A DNA stretch of 64,000 nucleotides from Terriglobia bacterium (GCA_965223005.1 CBDCVK010000010.1:736001-800000); one strand, 5' to 3'. Counted from the stretch's first letter, positions 33,611 to 44,133 are shown. Made by a program: numbers and translations. The notes: generated by a model not told the origin, from the letters alone.

Positions 33611-33991
33611 ATGGCCGGCGTGAGGATGGACAAGTGGCTTTGGGCCGCCCGGTTCTTTAAGACCCGGTCGCTCGCTGCACGGGCATGCGAACTCGGCAGG
33701 ATTGCGTCCAACGGACAAAAAGCCAAGGCTTCGCGCGAGGTCCGCGTCGGCGATCTCTTGCAAGTGAAGAGCGGCGCAGGCGAGTTTCAGGTGGAGGTCG
33801 TGCTTCTCAGTGAGACGCGCGGCCCGGCAGCGGTTGCGCAGACGCTCTACCGTGAGACAGAAACGAGTCGGGAGTTGCGGCTAAAGTTGACAGAGGGGCT
33901 TAAAGCAATGCCGCATTTCGAGGGGTCGCGGAAAGGCAAACCATCGAAACGCGATCGCCGTGAACTCGATCGGTTTCGGGGTAGAGGGTGA
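33611..33991 (+). CDS. hslR: ribosome-associated heat shock protein Hsp15 (S4 domain)
   Basis: VRMDKWLWAARFFKTRSLA..RGPA..LYRET..GKPSKRDRR. Confidence 0.93.
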   Translation: MAGVRMDKWLWAARFFKTRSLAARACELGRIASNGQKAKASREVRVGDLLQVKSGAGEFQVEVVLLSETRGPAAVAQTLYRETETSRELRLKLTEGLKAMPHFEGSRKGKPSKRDRRELDRFRGRG

Positions 33992-34118
33992 CCACAGAAC
34001 AGAACGGCATCCGTTCGACCTACGAGTCAAGGCCACACGACCGCAGGTAGTGGTGGCTTCTTGGGAACTGACCCACTACCCCGCGCTTCGACTAGAGTGC
34101 TGACAAAGGGGAGCGTGA

Positions 34119-34146
34119 TTGACAGAAGGCACGGCCGGGAGATAAT
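34119..34146 (+). promoter_or_regulatory. putative sigma70 promoter of purD-purE
   Basis: TTGACA, 16-bp spacer, GATAAT, 15 nt upstream of the purD start. Confidence 0.55.
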
Positions 34147-34161
34147 GGCAGCTTCCCGATC

Positions 34162-35451
34162 ATGGCGCCGATGAAGGTTCTCGTGTTGGGCTCCGGCGGT
34201 CGCGAGCATGCGTTGGTGTGGAAGCTGCGGCAAAGCCCGCTCCTCGAGCAGGTTTACTGTGTGCCCGGCAATGCCGGCATCGCGCAGGAGACGACGCTGG
34301 AGCGCGGCGACATCCTTCGTCCGGCGGAGATGGCTGAGCTGGCCCAGCGCCTGGGGGCAGACCTGACTGTGGTTGGGCCGGAAGCGCCGCTGGTGGCGGG
34401 CGTGGTGGACGAGTTTCAGGCCCGGGCCCTGCGAATCGTAGGCGCCACGCAGGCAGCCGCCCGCCTGGAAGGCAGCAAGATTTTTGCGAAACAGTTCGCC
34501 CAACGCCACAATATCCCCACGGCGGAGTCCGTGGTGTGCGAGCATCCCCAGGATGCTCGCCAGCAGCTGGCGCGTTTCGGCTTCCCCGTTGTGCTGAAGG
34601 CTGACGGCCTGGCCGCCGGAAAGGGCGTGGTGGTAGCCGCTGACTCCCGCCAGGCGGAGGTGACCCTGGAAAAAATGCTCGCCGGCGAGCTGGTCGGTGA
34701 GGCTGGCCGCCGCCTGATCCTGGAGCGCTTCCTGGCCGGTGAAGAAGTCACCTTCACGGTTGTGACCGACGGGGAAGCGGCGCTGGCGCTGGCCCCCACG
34801 CAGGACCACAAGCCGGTCTTCGACAACGACCAGGGACCCAACACGGGCGGCATGGGCGCCTACTGCGACGATGGCATCCTGTCGGAGGCGTTGCGGCAGC
34901 GGATCATGGACAAGATCGTGCAGCCGACGCTGGCCGGTATGGCCGCCGAAGGCACTCCCTACCGGGGCATCCTGTATTTCGGGCTGATGATCACCGTCGA
35001 GGGCCCACGGCTGCTGGAATACAATGCACGTTTCGGCGACCCGGAAACCCAGCCGCTGATGATGCGGCTCACGTCGGACCTGGTGCCGATGCTCCAGGCC
35101 GCTGCAGGCGGCGGCCTGGCGGCCATTCGGCCGGAGTGGTCGGATGGCGCGACCGTTTGCGTGGTGGCGGCTTCGGGCGGCTATCCGGGTGAGTTCGCGC
35201 GCGACAAACCCATCGCCGGCCTGGGCGAAGCCGAAGCGCTGCCTGGCGTAAAAGTGTTCCACGCCGGCACGCGGCTCCGTGACGGCCAGTACGTCACTGC
35301 CGGCGGGCGCGTGCTGGGTGTCACCGCCGGCGGAGGCGACCTGCGCGAGGCCATCTCCCGGGCCTATGACGCTGTCGAGAAAATTCACTTTGAAGGGATG
35401 CATTACCGCCGCGACATCGGCAGAAAGGGACTGAACAGGAAACCCACATGA
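34162..35451 (+). CDS. purD: phosphoribosylamine--glycine ligase
   Basis: GSGGREHAL, VGPEAPL, KADGLAAGKGV, QDHK, GPNTGGMGAY, EYNARFGDPETQ. Confidence 0.98.
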   Translation: MAPMKVLVLGSGGREHALVWKLRQSPLLEQVYCVPGNAGIAQETTLERGDILRPAEMAELAQRLGADLTVVGPEAPLVAGVVDEFQARALRIVGATQAAARLEGSKIFAKQFAQRHNIPTAESVVCEHPQDARQQLARFGFPVVLKADGLAAGKGVVVAADSRQAEVTLEKMLAGELVGEAGRRLILERFLAGEEVTFTVVTDGEAALALAPTQDHKPVFDNDQGPNTGGMGAYCDDGILSEALRQRIMDKIVQPTLAGMAAEGTPYRGILYFGLMITVEGPRLLEYNARFGDPETQPLMMRLTSDLVPMLQAAAGGGLAAIRPEWSDGATVCVVAASGGYPGEFARDKPIAGLGEAEALPGVKVFHAGTRLRDGQYVTAGGRVLGVTAGGGDLREAISRAYDAVEKIHFEGMHYRRDIGRKGLNRKPT

Positions 35452-35978
35452 GCAACCCCAAAGCAAGCTCCAGGCCCCGGCCCCTCGTGGGGATCGTGAT
35501 GGGCAGTGATTCGGACCTGCCGCTGATGACGGAAACCGCCCGAACATTGAAGGAGTTCGGCGTTCCCTTTGAAGTGGAGATCGCCAGCGCGCACCGCTCG
35601 CCGGCGCGCGCATCTGAATACGCGCGTACCGCGGTGAAGCGTGGCCTGAAGGCCATCGTGGTGGGTGCCGGCGGCGCGTTTCACCTGGGGGGAGCCATTG
35701 CTGCGGAGACCACCCTGCCGGTGATCGCCGTTCCCATCGCCAACACGGCGCTGTCGGGCATGGACTCGCTGCTGGCCGCGGTGCAGATGCCGGGCGGGGT
35801 GCCGGTGGGGGTGATGGCTGTGGGAAAGGCCGGCGCGGTGAACGCCGCCATCTACGCGGCCGAGATCATCGCCACCGCGGACGGCAAGTTGGCCGAGCGC
35901 CTGCGCCAGCACAAGCAGCGGCTAGCCCGCACCGTCGCCGAAAAGTCCGCGAAGGTGAAGAAGGAGTTCTCCATCTAG
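35448..35978 (+). CDS. purE: N5-CAIR mutase
   Basis: IVMGSDSDL, SAHRSP, GMDSLL, QMPGGVPV, NAA. Confidence 0.96.
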   Translation: MSNPKASSRPRPLVGIVMGSDSDLPLMTETARTLKEFGVPFEVEIASAHRSPARASEYARTAVKRGLKAIVVGAGGAFHLGGAIAAETTLPVIAVPIANTALSGMDSLLAAVQMPGGVPVGVMAVGKAGAVNAAIYAAEIIATADGKLAERLRQHKQRLARTVAEKSAKVKKEFSI

Positions 35979-36016
35979 GGTCTCAGTGTGCCCTGCAGTA
36001 AGTTTCTTGATCAGCC

Positions 36017-37333
36017 CTATCCGGCCGAAGCCGTCGTGCCGGAAGCGGTCGTAATCGTTTCCAGGCCGTGGGCGTGGGGGCCGGTCTCCCTACGCCGCAA
36101 CAGCCAGGAGAACAAGACGCCGCAAACACCCAGGACGGAGAAAATCCACATCCCTAGGGCATAGCCGCCGGGGTTGGCGGCGCTGGCGCTCCCATAGTCG
36201 TTCGCCCATCCGACCAGCAGGTTGAATCCCGCCAGGCCGATGTTCTGGATCATGGTCATCAGCCCGTAGGCGGTGCCCAACCGGCGCTGATCCACGATGT
36301 AGGCCACCGAAGGCCACATCACCGCCGGGATCAGCGAGAAGGCTACGCCCATCATTGCCATCGGGACGTAGAGCGACAGGCCCGTGTAGGCCATGATCAG
36401 GTATACCGGGATGAGCAACATCGAACCAAACATCATGAACAGCGAGCGCTTGCCCACCCGGTCCACCAGCAGGCCGAATAGAGGCGTAACACAGATAGCG
36501 TAAAGAATCAGCCTGCTGGCAATGAAGCCCCCGGTCCCGCGCGAGGTTCCGTGCGCCTCGATGAAAAATTTTATCGCGAAGGTCTGGAAGGGAAAGATCG
36601 CCGAATAGAAGGTGACGCAGAGGGCCACAATGTACCAGTAGGATTTGCTGAACTTAAAGATGTCGCGCCACACCACCTTGTCGGTGGCCCCGGCCTGCCC
36701 CAGCTCGTAGGTCTTCTCCGCACGGCTCTCCAGGAGCCAATAAATGACGGCGCCGGCCACACAAAAGCCGCTGAAGCCTACGGCGACAAGCAAGGGCCCT
36801 TGCCAGTGCTCGTAATAGCGGCCCGCCCAGGTGGGTGAATTCAAAGCGACAAAGGAACCCAGCCGCGCAAGGCTGAGGTTCAGGCCGAAGGCAAAACCCA
36901 GTTCCCTGCCGCGGAACCATCTGGCCAGAGCCGTTGTGACCGAGACGATCAACGACTCTGCGCCGATGCCAAACACCAGTCGTCCGGCAGCCATCATGGC
37001 CAGTTGCTCGGTGGCGGCTGTCAGCGCCGCCCCCAGCAGGCAGAGCACGCCAAAGATGAACGTGGCCTTCCTGGTACCGATGCGGTCAATCAGGAATCCG
37101 CCGAGCAGCACCATGAAGACATTGGGAATGCTGTAGATGGCGTTGAGCAGGCCGATGTTGAAATCGGAAAAGCCCAACTGCTGTTTCAGAACGTCGGCCA
37201 GCGGGCTGATGCTGTCATAGACGTAGTAGTTCCCCGCCATGGCGAGGCTGAGGAAGACCAGCACGGCCCAGCGATACAACCAGGGGGGCTGCGAACGCTC
37301 AGCGGTTAGCGTGTGCGACTGTGTCTCGCCCAT
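36017..37333 (-). CDS. MFS transporter
   Basis: About 12 hydrophobic segments, GFLIDRIGTR and GLLVDRVGKR motif A. Confidence 0.93.
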   Translation of the reverse strand: MGETQSHTLTAERSQPPWLYRWAVLVFLSLAMAGNYYVYDSISPLADVLKQQLGFSDFNIGLLNAIYSIPNVFMVLLGGFLIDRIGTRKATFIFGVLCLLGAALTAATEQLAMMAAGRLVFGIGAESLIVSVTTALARWFRGRELGFAFGLNLSLARLGSFVALNSPTWAGRYYEHWQGPLLVAVGFSGFCVAGAVIYWLLESRAEKTYELGQAGATDKVVWRDIFKFSKSYWYIVALCVTFYSAIFPFQTFAIKFFIEAHGTSRGTGGFIASRLILYAICVTPLFGLLVDRVGKRSLFMMFGSMLLIPVYLIMAYTGLSLYVPMAMMGVAFSLIPAVMWPSVAYIVDQRRLGTAYGLMTMIQNIGLAGFNLLVGWANDYGSASAANPGGYALGMWIFSVLGVCGVLFSWLLRRRETGPHAHGLETITTASGTTASAG

Positions 37334-37404
37334 GGGGACTCACCTGCCGGCCCACACACCATACCAGATGGGGCGCAAGAGGGGAGCGCCACGGGACGAT
37401 CCGA

Positions 37405-38067
37405 TCACTTCCACCAGGAGATACCGGCGTGGAAGACGATCGCGTTGACGCCGGGGTTTCGTTGGGCGATCCCGGCGTTCGACGTGTGGTGGTAGCGTAC
37501 GCCCAGGATCCAGGCCGGTCCGGATGCGGTCACGAACTGGAGCCCTACTCCGGCCTGCGGAGTAAAGTTGAAGCGCGAGGTGCCCTCCGGCACCTGCTCG
37601 GTGGTCGCCAGGATTCCGGCGCCCGCCTCCAGGAACGGCACAAGCTTTCGACTGCGGGTGAAGTGGTAGCGGAGCAGGAAGGGGGTGACGCCCGCGCCGT
37701 AGACGGTCTCGGACTGGAAATGCAGGTAAAGCGGCATAGCCTCGACGGCGTACTGGAGATGGCCCCGCGCCCAGGAGTCGCCGCTGTCAGCAGTGATCTG
37801 GCGCCCCCAGCGCCCGGCCACAAACCAAAAGCCTCGGTCGCGCACACCACCCACAATCGCCGGGCCGCCGCCGGAGAAAATCCCCCACTCGGTGGCGCCA
37901 CGACGCCAGCGGGCATCGCCTGCGCCGGAGCGGGCGTCCTCCAGTTGCTGCGTGGTGCCCGCGGCCACCTGGCTGGCTTGCTGGGGAAAACCCTGTGCCA
38001 AAGCCGAGCCACAGGAGCTCACCACCAACAGCCAGATCACCGCCCAGCGTGCGCCAACCAGATGCAT
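37405..38067 (-). CDS. outer-membrane beta-barrel, lipid A 3-O-deacylase PagL-like (acyloxyacyl hydrolase family)
   Basis: Signal peptide, PFLEAGAG, FNFTPQAGVG, RYHHTSNAGI..NPGVN. Confidence 0.85.
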   Translation of the reverse strand: MHLVGARWAVIWLLVVSSCGSALAQGFPQQASQVAAGTTQQLEDARSGAGDARWRRGATEWGIFSGGGPAIVGGVRDRGFWFVAGRWGRQITADSGDSWARGHLQYAVEAMPLYLHFQSETVYGAGVTPFLLRYHFTRSRKLVPFLEAGAGILATTEQVPEGTSRFNFTPQAGVGLQFVTASGPAWILGVRYHHTSNAGIAQRNPGVNAIVFHAGISWWK

Positions 38068-38243
38068 GGTCTCTCGCCGCGTCCTTCTATCTCAAGGTCC
38101 AGGCTAGTGGCAAGGAAATCCTTCCGTCTGCCGATGAAAGTCTGCGGCGGCCCCATAGGAGAGGGTCACTACAAATGTAGGAATTATATAAGTGACAGAA
38201 GTGTTTTCAGTCCCGTAAGAGTTCGGAGTGCCAAGGTCGCGGC

Positions 38244-39429
38244 CTAGGGTGTTTTGGCCTGCGCGGTGTTCGAGTACGGCGAATCGCCGTCGGCGTTGCT
38301 CGTCGCCTTCACTCGGTATCGGTACGTCGTCCTGCCTGCAACGCTAGTATCGGCGTAGGTGGTGCCGTTTTCAGATGCATACTGGGCGAAATTGCAGGTC
38401 TTATTCTTTCCCTTCCCAACGATCGTGCAGCGATCAATGATGAAGCTGTCTTCATTGGTGGAATTGTCCTGCCAGGCCAGACGTACTTCTTGGACTATCT
38501 TGTTCTTGCCTTTGCCTGAACTTCTTACGGTGGCCGTCAAATTACTCGGGGCCGCCGGCGGGCCTGGCGGCGGGGGCGGCGCGCCTTCCTGCGGCGTAAA
38601 CTTTACCCAGTCCACGTGGAAGTAACGGTCTACTCCGACGGTTGCCCCACCCCCAAACCCATTCGGGTTATTCGTTCCCCAGTGGTTGATCATGAAGTGT
38701 GCGGGGGCGCTCGGCACATTCGTTGTGTGGGTCGCTTTCACGCCTCCGTCCACGTAGAAGGTTATCTTCCCCTCCTCCCAAACGAACTTGTAGTCGTGAA
38801 AGTCACTGTTGGCACCGGGGACCGTCGGCTTAGAGAAAGTGGACTCCGTGCTCCCAGGATCAGTAGACGTGTCCTGATTGTGCCAGTTTCCCATGTAAAT
38901 TCTTTCGTCGTTTGAAGAGTCCGCGTCGTGTAAAACATGGCCCGAATATTCAAAGTCGATTTCTGTTTCCGAGTTATTTACATAGATGAAACCGGCAGAG
39001 ACACCCCCTGGTGTGGGAGAGTCTGGTGGATCAAACGGACCGGCCGCCTTGGAAGACATCTTCAGTCTCCACTCATAGGTGCCGTAACCGTACTTCTCCT
39101 GGGTGAAGATTAGGGCACCCCAGGAAATCACCTCGTCTCCGTTACCCTCCACTTGGGTCAGACGCAGGCTAAGGGCTCCCTGATTAAGCGTTACGTTATC
39201 CTTTATCGTAGTACCCAACGTGCTTGTTGGCTAGGTATCCCGGGGCCCCAAATTTCGGCTGGCCCTGTCTGTCCTTGTCCTCGACAGTCCAACGACTATC
39301 GAGCTCAATCCCCTCGAAGTAGTCTTCCCAGCCCTGGGCGGCTGCGGTACCGGCGCCTAAGGAGAGGACTGCCATCGCTACCATTACTGGGATTGCAAGC
39401 AACGCCAGCCGCTTTATCTGCCTTGCCAT
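38244..39429 (-). pseudogene. secreted GH16 glycoside hydrolase + FN3 domain, split by a single-base frameshift
   Basis: Signal-peptide ORF (ATG 39429, MARQIKRLALL..AAAQ) stops at 39196; GH16 body (YGYGTYEWR, EIDFE, FHDYKFVWE..FYVDG, VDWVK) and FN3 continue in the +1 frame. Confidence 0.8.
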
Positions 39430-39673
39430 GAGTAATTTCCCCTTCTTGACGCAGCCGAACGACCACCCCGCCAATCAGCCATCCGCCCGGGTCACTCGGG
39501 CTTCCAGGGGGGACCGTCGTGCGCTACGCACAACGGCATTGAGGCAGCATTGTACAACGTTCTGGTCCAGGTGGATACCGTTTTTCCGCTTGGGTAGGGG
39601 GCTAGGAAGCCCAGTACTTCCGGTCGGGGATGCCCCCAAGCTTAGCGGCCTGCTTTGTGATACTTTAGGCCCT

Positions 39674-40738
39674 ATGCGACCACTTATCAGCTTATTACTT
39701 CTACTGACCTTCCTGGCAGCCTGCCAGCCGGCCGTTGAACGGGAACCCCCTGCCGAGCCTCCCGCCGCCGCCAAGCCCCTGGAAATTCACTTTGTGGACG
39801 TGGAAGGTGGAGCGGCCACCCTGATCGTCACGCCCGCCGGGGAATCGCTGCTGGTGGATACCGGCAACAAACGGGAGGAGGACGGCCGGGATTCCAAACG
39901 CATGTACCAGGCGGCGCAACAGGCAGGGTCGAAGCGAATCGACCACCTGCTAACCAGCCACTTCCACGGTGACCACTACGGAGGAGTGGCCGAGCTCAGC
40001 GAGCTGATCCCCATCGGCAAGTTCTACGACCACGGGAAGACCGACCTCCTCGAAGACCCCAAGCTGTACGAAGCCTATACGGAGGCGGCCAAGGGCCAGA
40101 GGCAAACGCTACGTCCCGGCGACGAAATCCGGCTGAATCAGGCTGCGGGCGCGGCGCGGATCGGGCTGCTGGTGGTAGCCTCGGGTGGCGACGTGATCCA
40201 GCTCAAGACTGCCAAGGAAAACCCTGAGTGCAAACACGCCAAGCCCAAGCCCAAGGACACCAGCGACAACGCGCGCAGTCTGGGCTTTGTGCTCACTTTA
40301 GGCAAATTCCGCTTCCTGGACCTGGGCGATCTGACCTGGAACATCGAGCACAAGCTGGCCTGCCCGGTGGACGTGATCGGCCGGGTGGATCTTTACCAGG
40401 TAACGCATCACGGGCTGGACAGCAGCAGCAACCCGGTGTTACTGCGCAGCATAAAGCCTCAGGTTGCGGTGGCAAATAATGGTCCTCACAAGGGCATCTT
40501 CCCCGAGGTAATGGAAACGTTGCGCGCGCTCCCCAGCCTGGAGGACATCTACCAGGGGCATCGGAACCTGGACTACGGCGACAAGGGAAACACGGCGCCG
40601 GAGTTGATCGCCAATTTGGGCACTGAGGAGGATTGCCAGGGGCACGTGATCAAGGTCGCAGTGGCCCCCGACGGAACAAGTTATACCGTCACCAACGGCC
40701 GCACCGGCCAGTCCCGCACCTACAAAACCCGCGGCTGA
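39674..40738 (+). CDS. MBL-fold hydrolase lipoprotein (ComEC/Rec2-like)
   Basis: Lipobox FLAAC, FVDVEGGAATL, SHFHGDH, DLGDL, HHG. Confidence 0.9.
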   Translation: MRPLISLLLLLTFLAACQPAVEREPPAEPPAAAKPLEIHFVDVEGGAATLIVTPAGESLLVDTGNKREEDGRDSKRMYQAAQQAGSKRIDHLLTSHFHGDHYGGVAELSELIPIGKFYDHGKTDLLEDPKLYEAYTEAAKGQRQTLRPGDEIRLNQAAGAARIGLLVVASGGDVIQLKTAKENPECKHAKPKPKDTSDNARSLGFVLTLGKFRFLDLGDLTWNIEHKLACPVDVIGRVDLYQVTHHGLDSSSNPVLLRSIKPQVAVANNGPHKGIFPEVMETLRALPSLEDIYQGHRNLDYGDKGNTAPELIANLGTEEDCQGHVIKVAVAPDGTSYTVTNGRTGQSRTYKTRG

Positions 40739-40823
40739 GCCAGAAGGCCAATTAGTTGACCGTGAGGAGCGGCAGCCAAACGATTAGCGGATGGCTGGGG
40801 ACTCTCCCCGAGATGTTTTTTTC

Positions 40824-41870
40824 TCAGGGTTGCTTGTCACGGCGTGGTGCAGGTCGGGACCGGCGCGAGGCGTTGGCCTTACGGCGGTACTCGGCGACCG
40901 CACGGGAGTGGTCGCGCAGGTTGGTGGAGAAGACGTGGCCGCTCTCGGCGTTGCTGACGAAGTACATGTAGTCGGTCGCAGCCGGCGCCATGGCCGCCTC
41001 CAGCGCCGCCCGCCCCGGATTGGCAATCGGCCCCGGTGGCAGCCCGCGTCGCCGGTACGTGTTGTAAGGCGAATTGAACTTTAGGTCGCTCTGGAAAATC
41101 GCGCCGCGGTAGCGCCCGGCCACCAGCGCCGCATAGACCACCGTCGGATCGCACTGCAACGGGAGGCCAGCTTTCAAACGGTTGTAGAAGACGCCGGCCA
41201 CCAGCCGGCGCTCCCCCGGCACCCCAGTTTCCTTCTCCACCAGCGAAGCCAGGATGACGACCTCCTGCACGGGGCGGTCGGGAGAGTGCCTGCTCTCCAG
41301 TTCCCCGTACACCTTGCGGAACCGAGCCACCATCCTTTTCACCATCTCTGCGGCTGAGGTGTGCCGGGTGAAGTAATAGGTGTCCGGGAACAGGTAGCCT
41401 TCCAGGTTCTCCGCCGATGGGTCCAAATCGCCAATCAGCGCGCTGTTCCGGAGAACCCCCCGGATTTGCTCTCGAGAAACCAGACCGCTGGCGGAAACCG
41501 CCTCGGCCACCTCGAAGATGTTGTGCCCTTCCGGAATGGTAATACTGTGCTGGTAGACGTCACCGCGGCTGAGTTTCCTCAGTACCTCCCATGGGCTGAG
41601 TGCACGGTCGAAGTGGTACTCCCCCGCCTTCAGGGTTTGCCAGGGCCCGAGGTAGTAAGACAGCAGGAAAGGCCATTCACGGCGGAGCACCCCGGCCCCG
41701 CGCAAGCGCACGGCGATGGCCAGGGATGAAGTGCCGGGCGCCACATCCACTACGGCTGGCTGCTCCCAACCCCGGAAGGGGCGCGTGACGTAATAGGCAG
41801 CCAGGGCGAACGCGCTGGCCCCCGCCAGCGCGACGACGCCCAGCAGCAGAATAAGGGGTCGCCGTGTCAC
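40824..41870 (-). CDS. mltG: endolytic transglycosylase
   Basis: TIPEG, LEGYLFPDTY, ASLVEKET, LQCDPT, SPYNTY..GLPPGPIANPG; GTG at 41870 overlaps the ruvX stop. Confidence 0.96.
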   Translation of the reverse strand: MTRRPLILLLGVVALAGASAFALAAYYVTRPFRGWEQPAVVDVAPGTSSLAIAVRLRGAGVLRREWPFLLSYYLGPWQTLKAGEYHFDRALSPWEVLRKLSRGDVYQHSITIPEGHNIFEVAEAVSASGLVSREQIRGVLRNSALIGDLDPSAENLEGYLFPDTYYFTRHTSAAEMVKRMVARFRKVYGELESRHSPDRPVQEVVILASLVEKETGVPGERRLVAGVFYNRLKAGLPLQCDPTVVYAALVAGRYRGAIFQSDLKFNSPYNTYRRRGLPPGPIANPGRAALEAAMAPAATDYMYFVSNAESGHVFSTNLRDHSRAVAEYRRKANASRRSRPAPRRDKQP

Positions 41871-42337
41871 GCCCCGAAAGACGCGCTCTGCTCTGGGAAA
41901 CAATTTGCCATCCTCTGCTGATCCAGATAGCTTTGCAGCAGCAGCACGGCCGCCATCCGGTCAATGGCGGCCGATTGCTTCGCCCGGCCAATCCCGCTTT
42001 GCTGGAGGACGCGCTGGGCTTCGGCGGTGGTCAGGCGTTCATCCCAAAGCAAGACCCGGCAGCTCAGGTGCCGCCGCAGGTCCTCGGCGAAGGCAGCCGC
42101 CTTCTCCGCCTGCGTCCCGGCTCTCCCGCTCAGATGCACCGGATGCCCCACCAGCAGCAGCACGGCCTGGTGCTGCTCGGCCAGCTGCCGTAGGGCCTCC
42201 AGATCGGCACGCTTGTTCTTGCGCTCCAGCGTGGGTAGGCCCTGCGCGGTTAGTCCCAGCGGATCGGAGACGGCCAGCCCGATGCGCCGCTGGCCCAGAT
42301 CGAGCGCGAGTACACGGCCATGAGGTTTGCGCTCCAC
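41867..42337 (-). CDS. ruvX: YqgF/RuvX family nuclease
   Basis: LALDLGQRRIGLAVSD, WDERLTT, IDRMAAVLLLQSYLD. Confidence 0.95.
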   Translation of the reverse strand: MERKPHGRVLALDLGQRRIGLAVSDPLGLTAQGLPTLERKNKRADLEALRQLAEQHQAVLLLVGHPVHLSGRAGTQAEKAAAFAEDLRRHLSCRVLLWDERLTTAEAQRVLQQSGIGRAKQSAAIDRMAAVLLLQSYLDQQRMANCFPEQSASFGA

Positions 42338-42393
42338 GGCCCCATTGTATAGGGGAATCCCCACCACTGTGATACCTTCGGCAGACCGACGCC

Positions 42394-43449
42394 ATGCCCG
42401 TTCAGCAAGCTTTGGAAAAGCAACGCGGCTACGGGCAGCGGCTGGTGGCCGCGGCCGTGCTGCTGGCCTGCCTCTACCTGGCCAGCTCGCTGGTGATGAC
42501 GATAGTGGTGTCGCTGTTGCTGGCTCTGGTCTGTGACCCGGGCGTAACCTGGCTCAGCCGCAGGGGCCTGCCACGGGGGGTGGGCGCCTCGCTGATGGTC
42601 CTGCTGATGGTGGGCGTCTTCTACCTGCTGTTCTACATGTTTTACGCGCAGGCCGCGACCTTCGTCAACGATTTCCCGAAGTATTCCACCAAGTTCCGCG
42701 GTCACGTGCTGCGATTCCGGGAAAGGGCACAGGAGTTTCAGAAGCAGACACGGACCGTCATCGCAGACGGCCAGCCCGCGCCAGCGACCTCGCCCGCTTC
42801 TTCCGGCCCAAACTACACCGCCTACCTGGGCGCCGGCCTCCGCTCGATGACCGAGGTGCTGTTCATGGTGAGCTTCATTCCCTTCCTGGTCTATTTTCTG
42901 CTCACTTGGCGGGACCACATACGGCGCAACTCCGTCGCTCTGTTCGGCACGGGAAACCGAATGGCAGCGGAAAAGACGCTGGACGGCATCACCACCATGA
43001 TTCGCGGCTTCGTCATCGGCAACCTGATCATCGCGGCGATTCTATCCGTAGCCAGCGGGCTTTTCTTCTGGGCGATGGGGCTGCCCTACGCGGCGGTCAT
43101 GGGGCCGGTGAGCGGATTCTTGAGCGTGGTGCCTTACCTGGGGGTACTGCTGGGGAGCCTGCCACCCTTGTGGGCCGGCATGGCTAAGTACGACACGCTG
43201 ACACCGCTGGTGGGGATTGTCGCCGGGGTGGTGGGTTTCCACATCATAGCTCTCAACGTGCTCTACCCCAAGCTGGTCGGCTCGCGAGTGCACCTGAACC
43301 CGGTAGTGGTGACCATCGCCCTGATGTTCTGGGGCTGGCTGTGGGGTGGGATGGGGCTGCTGCTGGCGGTGCCCATCACCGCCGGCATCAAGGCCGTCTG
43401 CGACAACGTCCCCGACTGGCGCCCCAACGGCCGCCTCATGGCCGACTAG
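42394..43449 (+). CDS. AI-2E family transporter
   Basis: Multi-TM; VVPYLG, LYPKLVGSRVHLNP, WGWLWGGMGLLLAVP. Confidence 0.92.
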   Translation: MPVQQALEKQRGYGQRLVAAAVLLACLYLASSLVMTIVVSLLLALVCDPGVTWLSRRGLPRGVGASLMVLLMVGVFYLLFYMFYAQAATFVNDFPKYSTKFRGHVLRFRERAQEFQKQTRTVIADGQPAPATSPASSGPNYTAYLGAGLRSMTEVLFMVSFIPFLVYFLLTWRDHIRRNSVALFGTGNRMAAEKTLDGITTMIRGFVIGNLIIAAILSVASGLFFWAMGLPYAAVMGPVSGFLSVVPYLGVLLGSLPPLWAGMAKYDTLTPLVGIVAGVVGFHIIALNVLYPKLVGSRVHLNPVVVTIALMFWGWLWGGMGLLLAVPITAGIKAVCDNVPDWRPNGRLMAD

Positions 43450-43455
43450 CCCGTC

Positions 43456-44133
43456 TCAGGTATCACTTCTCTCAGGTGCCATCTCAAAGCTGTGAAGGTT
43501 TGCTGCCGCCGTGGCCACATCCTCGGCCACGTCTGTTGATTGAAACAGGCGGATGGCGGCCAGGCCGGCGGCGCCGGCCTCCAGGCAGGTGCCGGCATTC
43601 TCCAAATTCACGCCGCCCAGAGCCAGCACCGGGAATTCACGTTCAGCGACAGCGCGGCAGGCTTGGCGAAGCGGCTCCAGTCCCAGCGGCGGGCCCTTGC
43701 CGGGCGTCTCAAAGATCGGGCCCAGCACCGCGAAGCTGGCGCCTTCGCGGGCGACGGCTTCCACCTGGGCCGGGGAATGGCAGGAGGCCCCGACCAGCCA
43801 CTCAGTAGGCCACTCAGCAGGCCCTCCAACTGGCACTGCGTTTCGGACCACGGCCACTGGGAGTGAGTCGGCCGGCAGATGCACGCCGTCTGCACCGCAG
43901 GCCAGCGCCACATCCAATCGTTCGTTGACCAGCAGTCGCCCGCGCCCCCTTTCTGGCAGCGCCAGGGCCTGCTCTACCAGCCGACAAAGGTCCCGGGTGG
44001 GCATCTTCTTCTCACGGATTTGGATCCAATCCACGCCGGCGGCGTAGGCGGCACGGATCCTGCCCAATACCTCCTGGGGTTGCCCAAGTTGGCTGCTGTC
44101 GGTGATGTAGTAGAGGATGGGGCGGCGACTCAT
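43456..44133 (-). CDS. thiE: thiamine phosphate synthase / TenI family
   Basis: LYYITD, IQIREK, VNERLDVA, DGVHL, SCHS, GPIFET, ALGGV. Confidence 0.85.
   Translation of the reverse strand: MSRRPILYYITDSSQLGQPQEVLGRIRAAYAAGVDWIQIREKKMPTRDLCRLVEQALALPERGRGRLLVNERLDVALACGADGVHLPADSLPVAVVRNAVPVGGPAEWPTEWLVGASCHSPAQVEAVAREGASFAVLGPIFETPGKGPPLGLEPLRQACRAVAEREFPVLALGGVNLENAGTCLEAGAAGLAAIRLFQSTDVAEDVATAAANLHSFEMAPERSDT

Noticed and set aside
34030-34120. ZTP (pfl) riboswitch-like fragments and a hairpin upstream of purD; also a CIRCE half-site GAGTGCTGA at 34095
   Set aside because: GACUGGCG and the 3' CGCCUGGG pseudoknot partner are missing, a promoter lies downstream of it, and the CIRCE left arm is absent
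38608-38623. Second parS-like sequence (CAGTCCACGTGGAAGT); a similar core near 28305
   Set aside because: Only 11/16 match and inside coding sequence; likely chance
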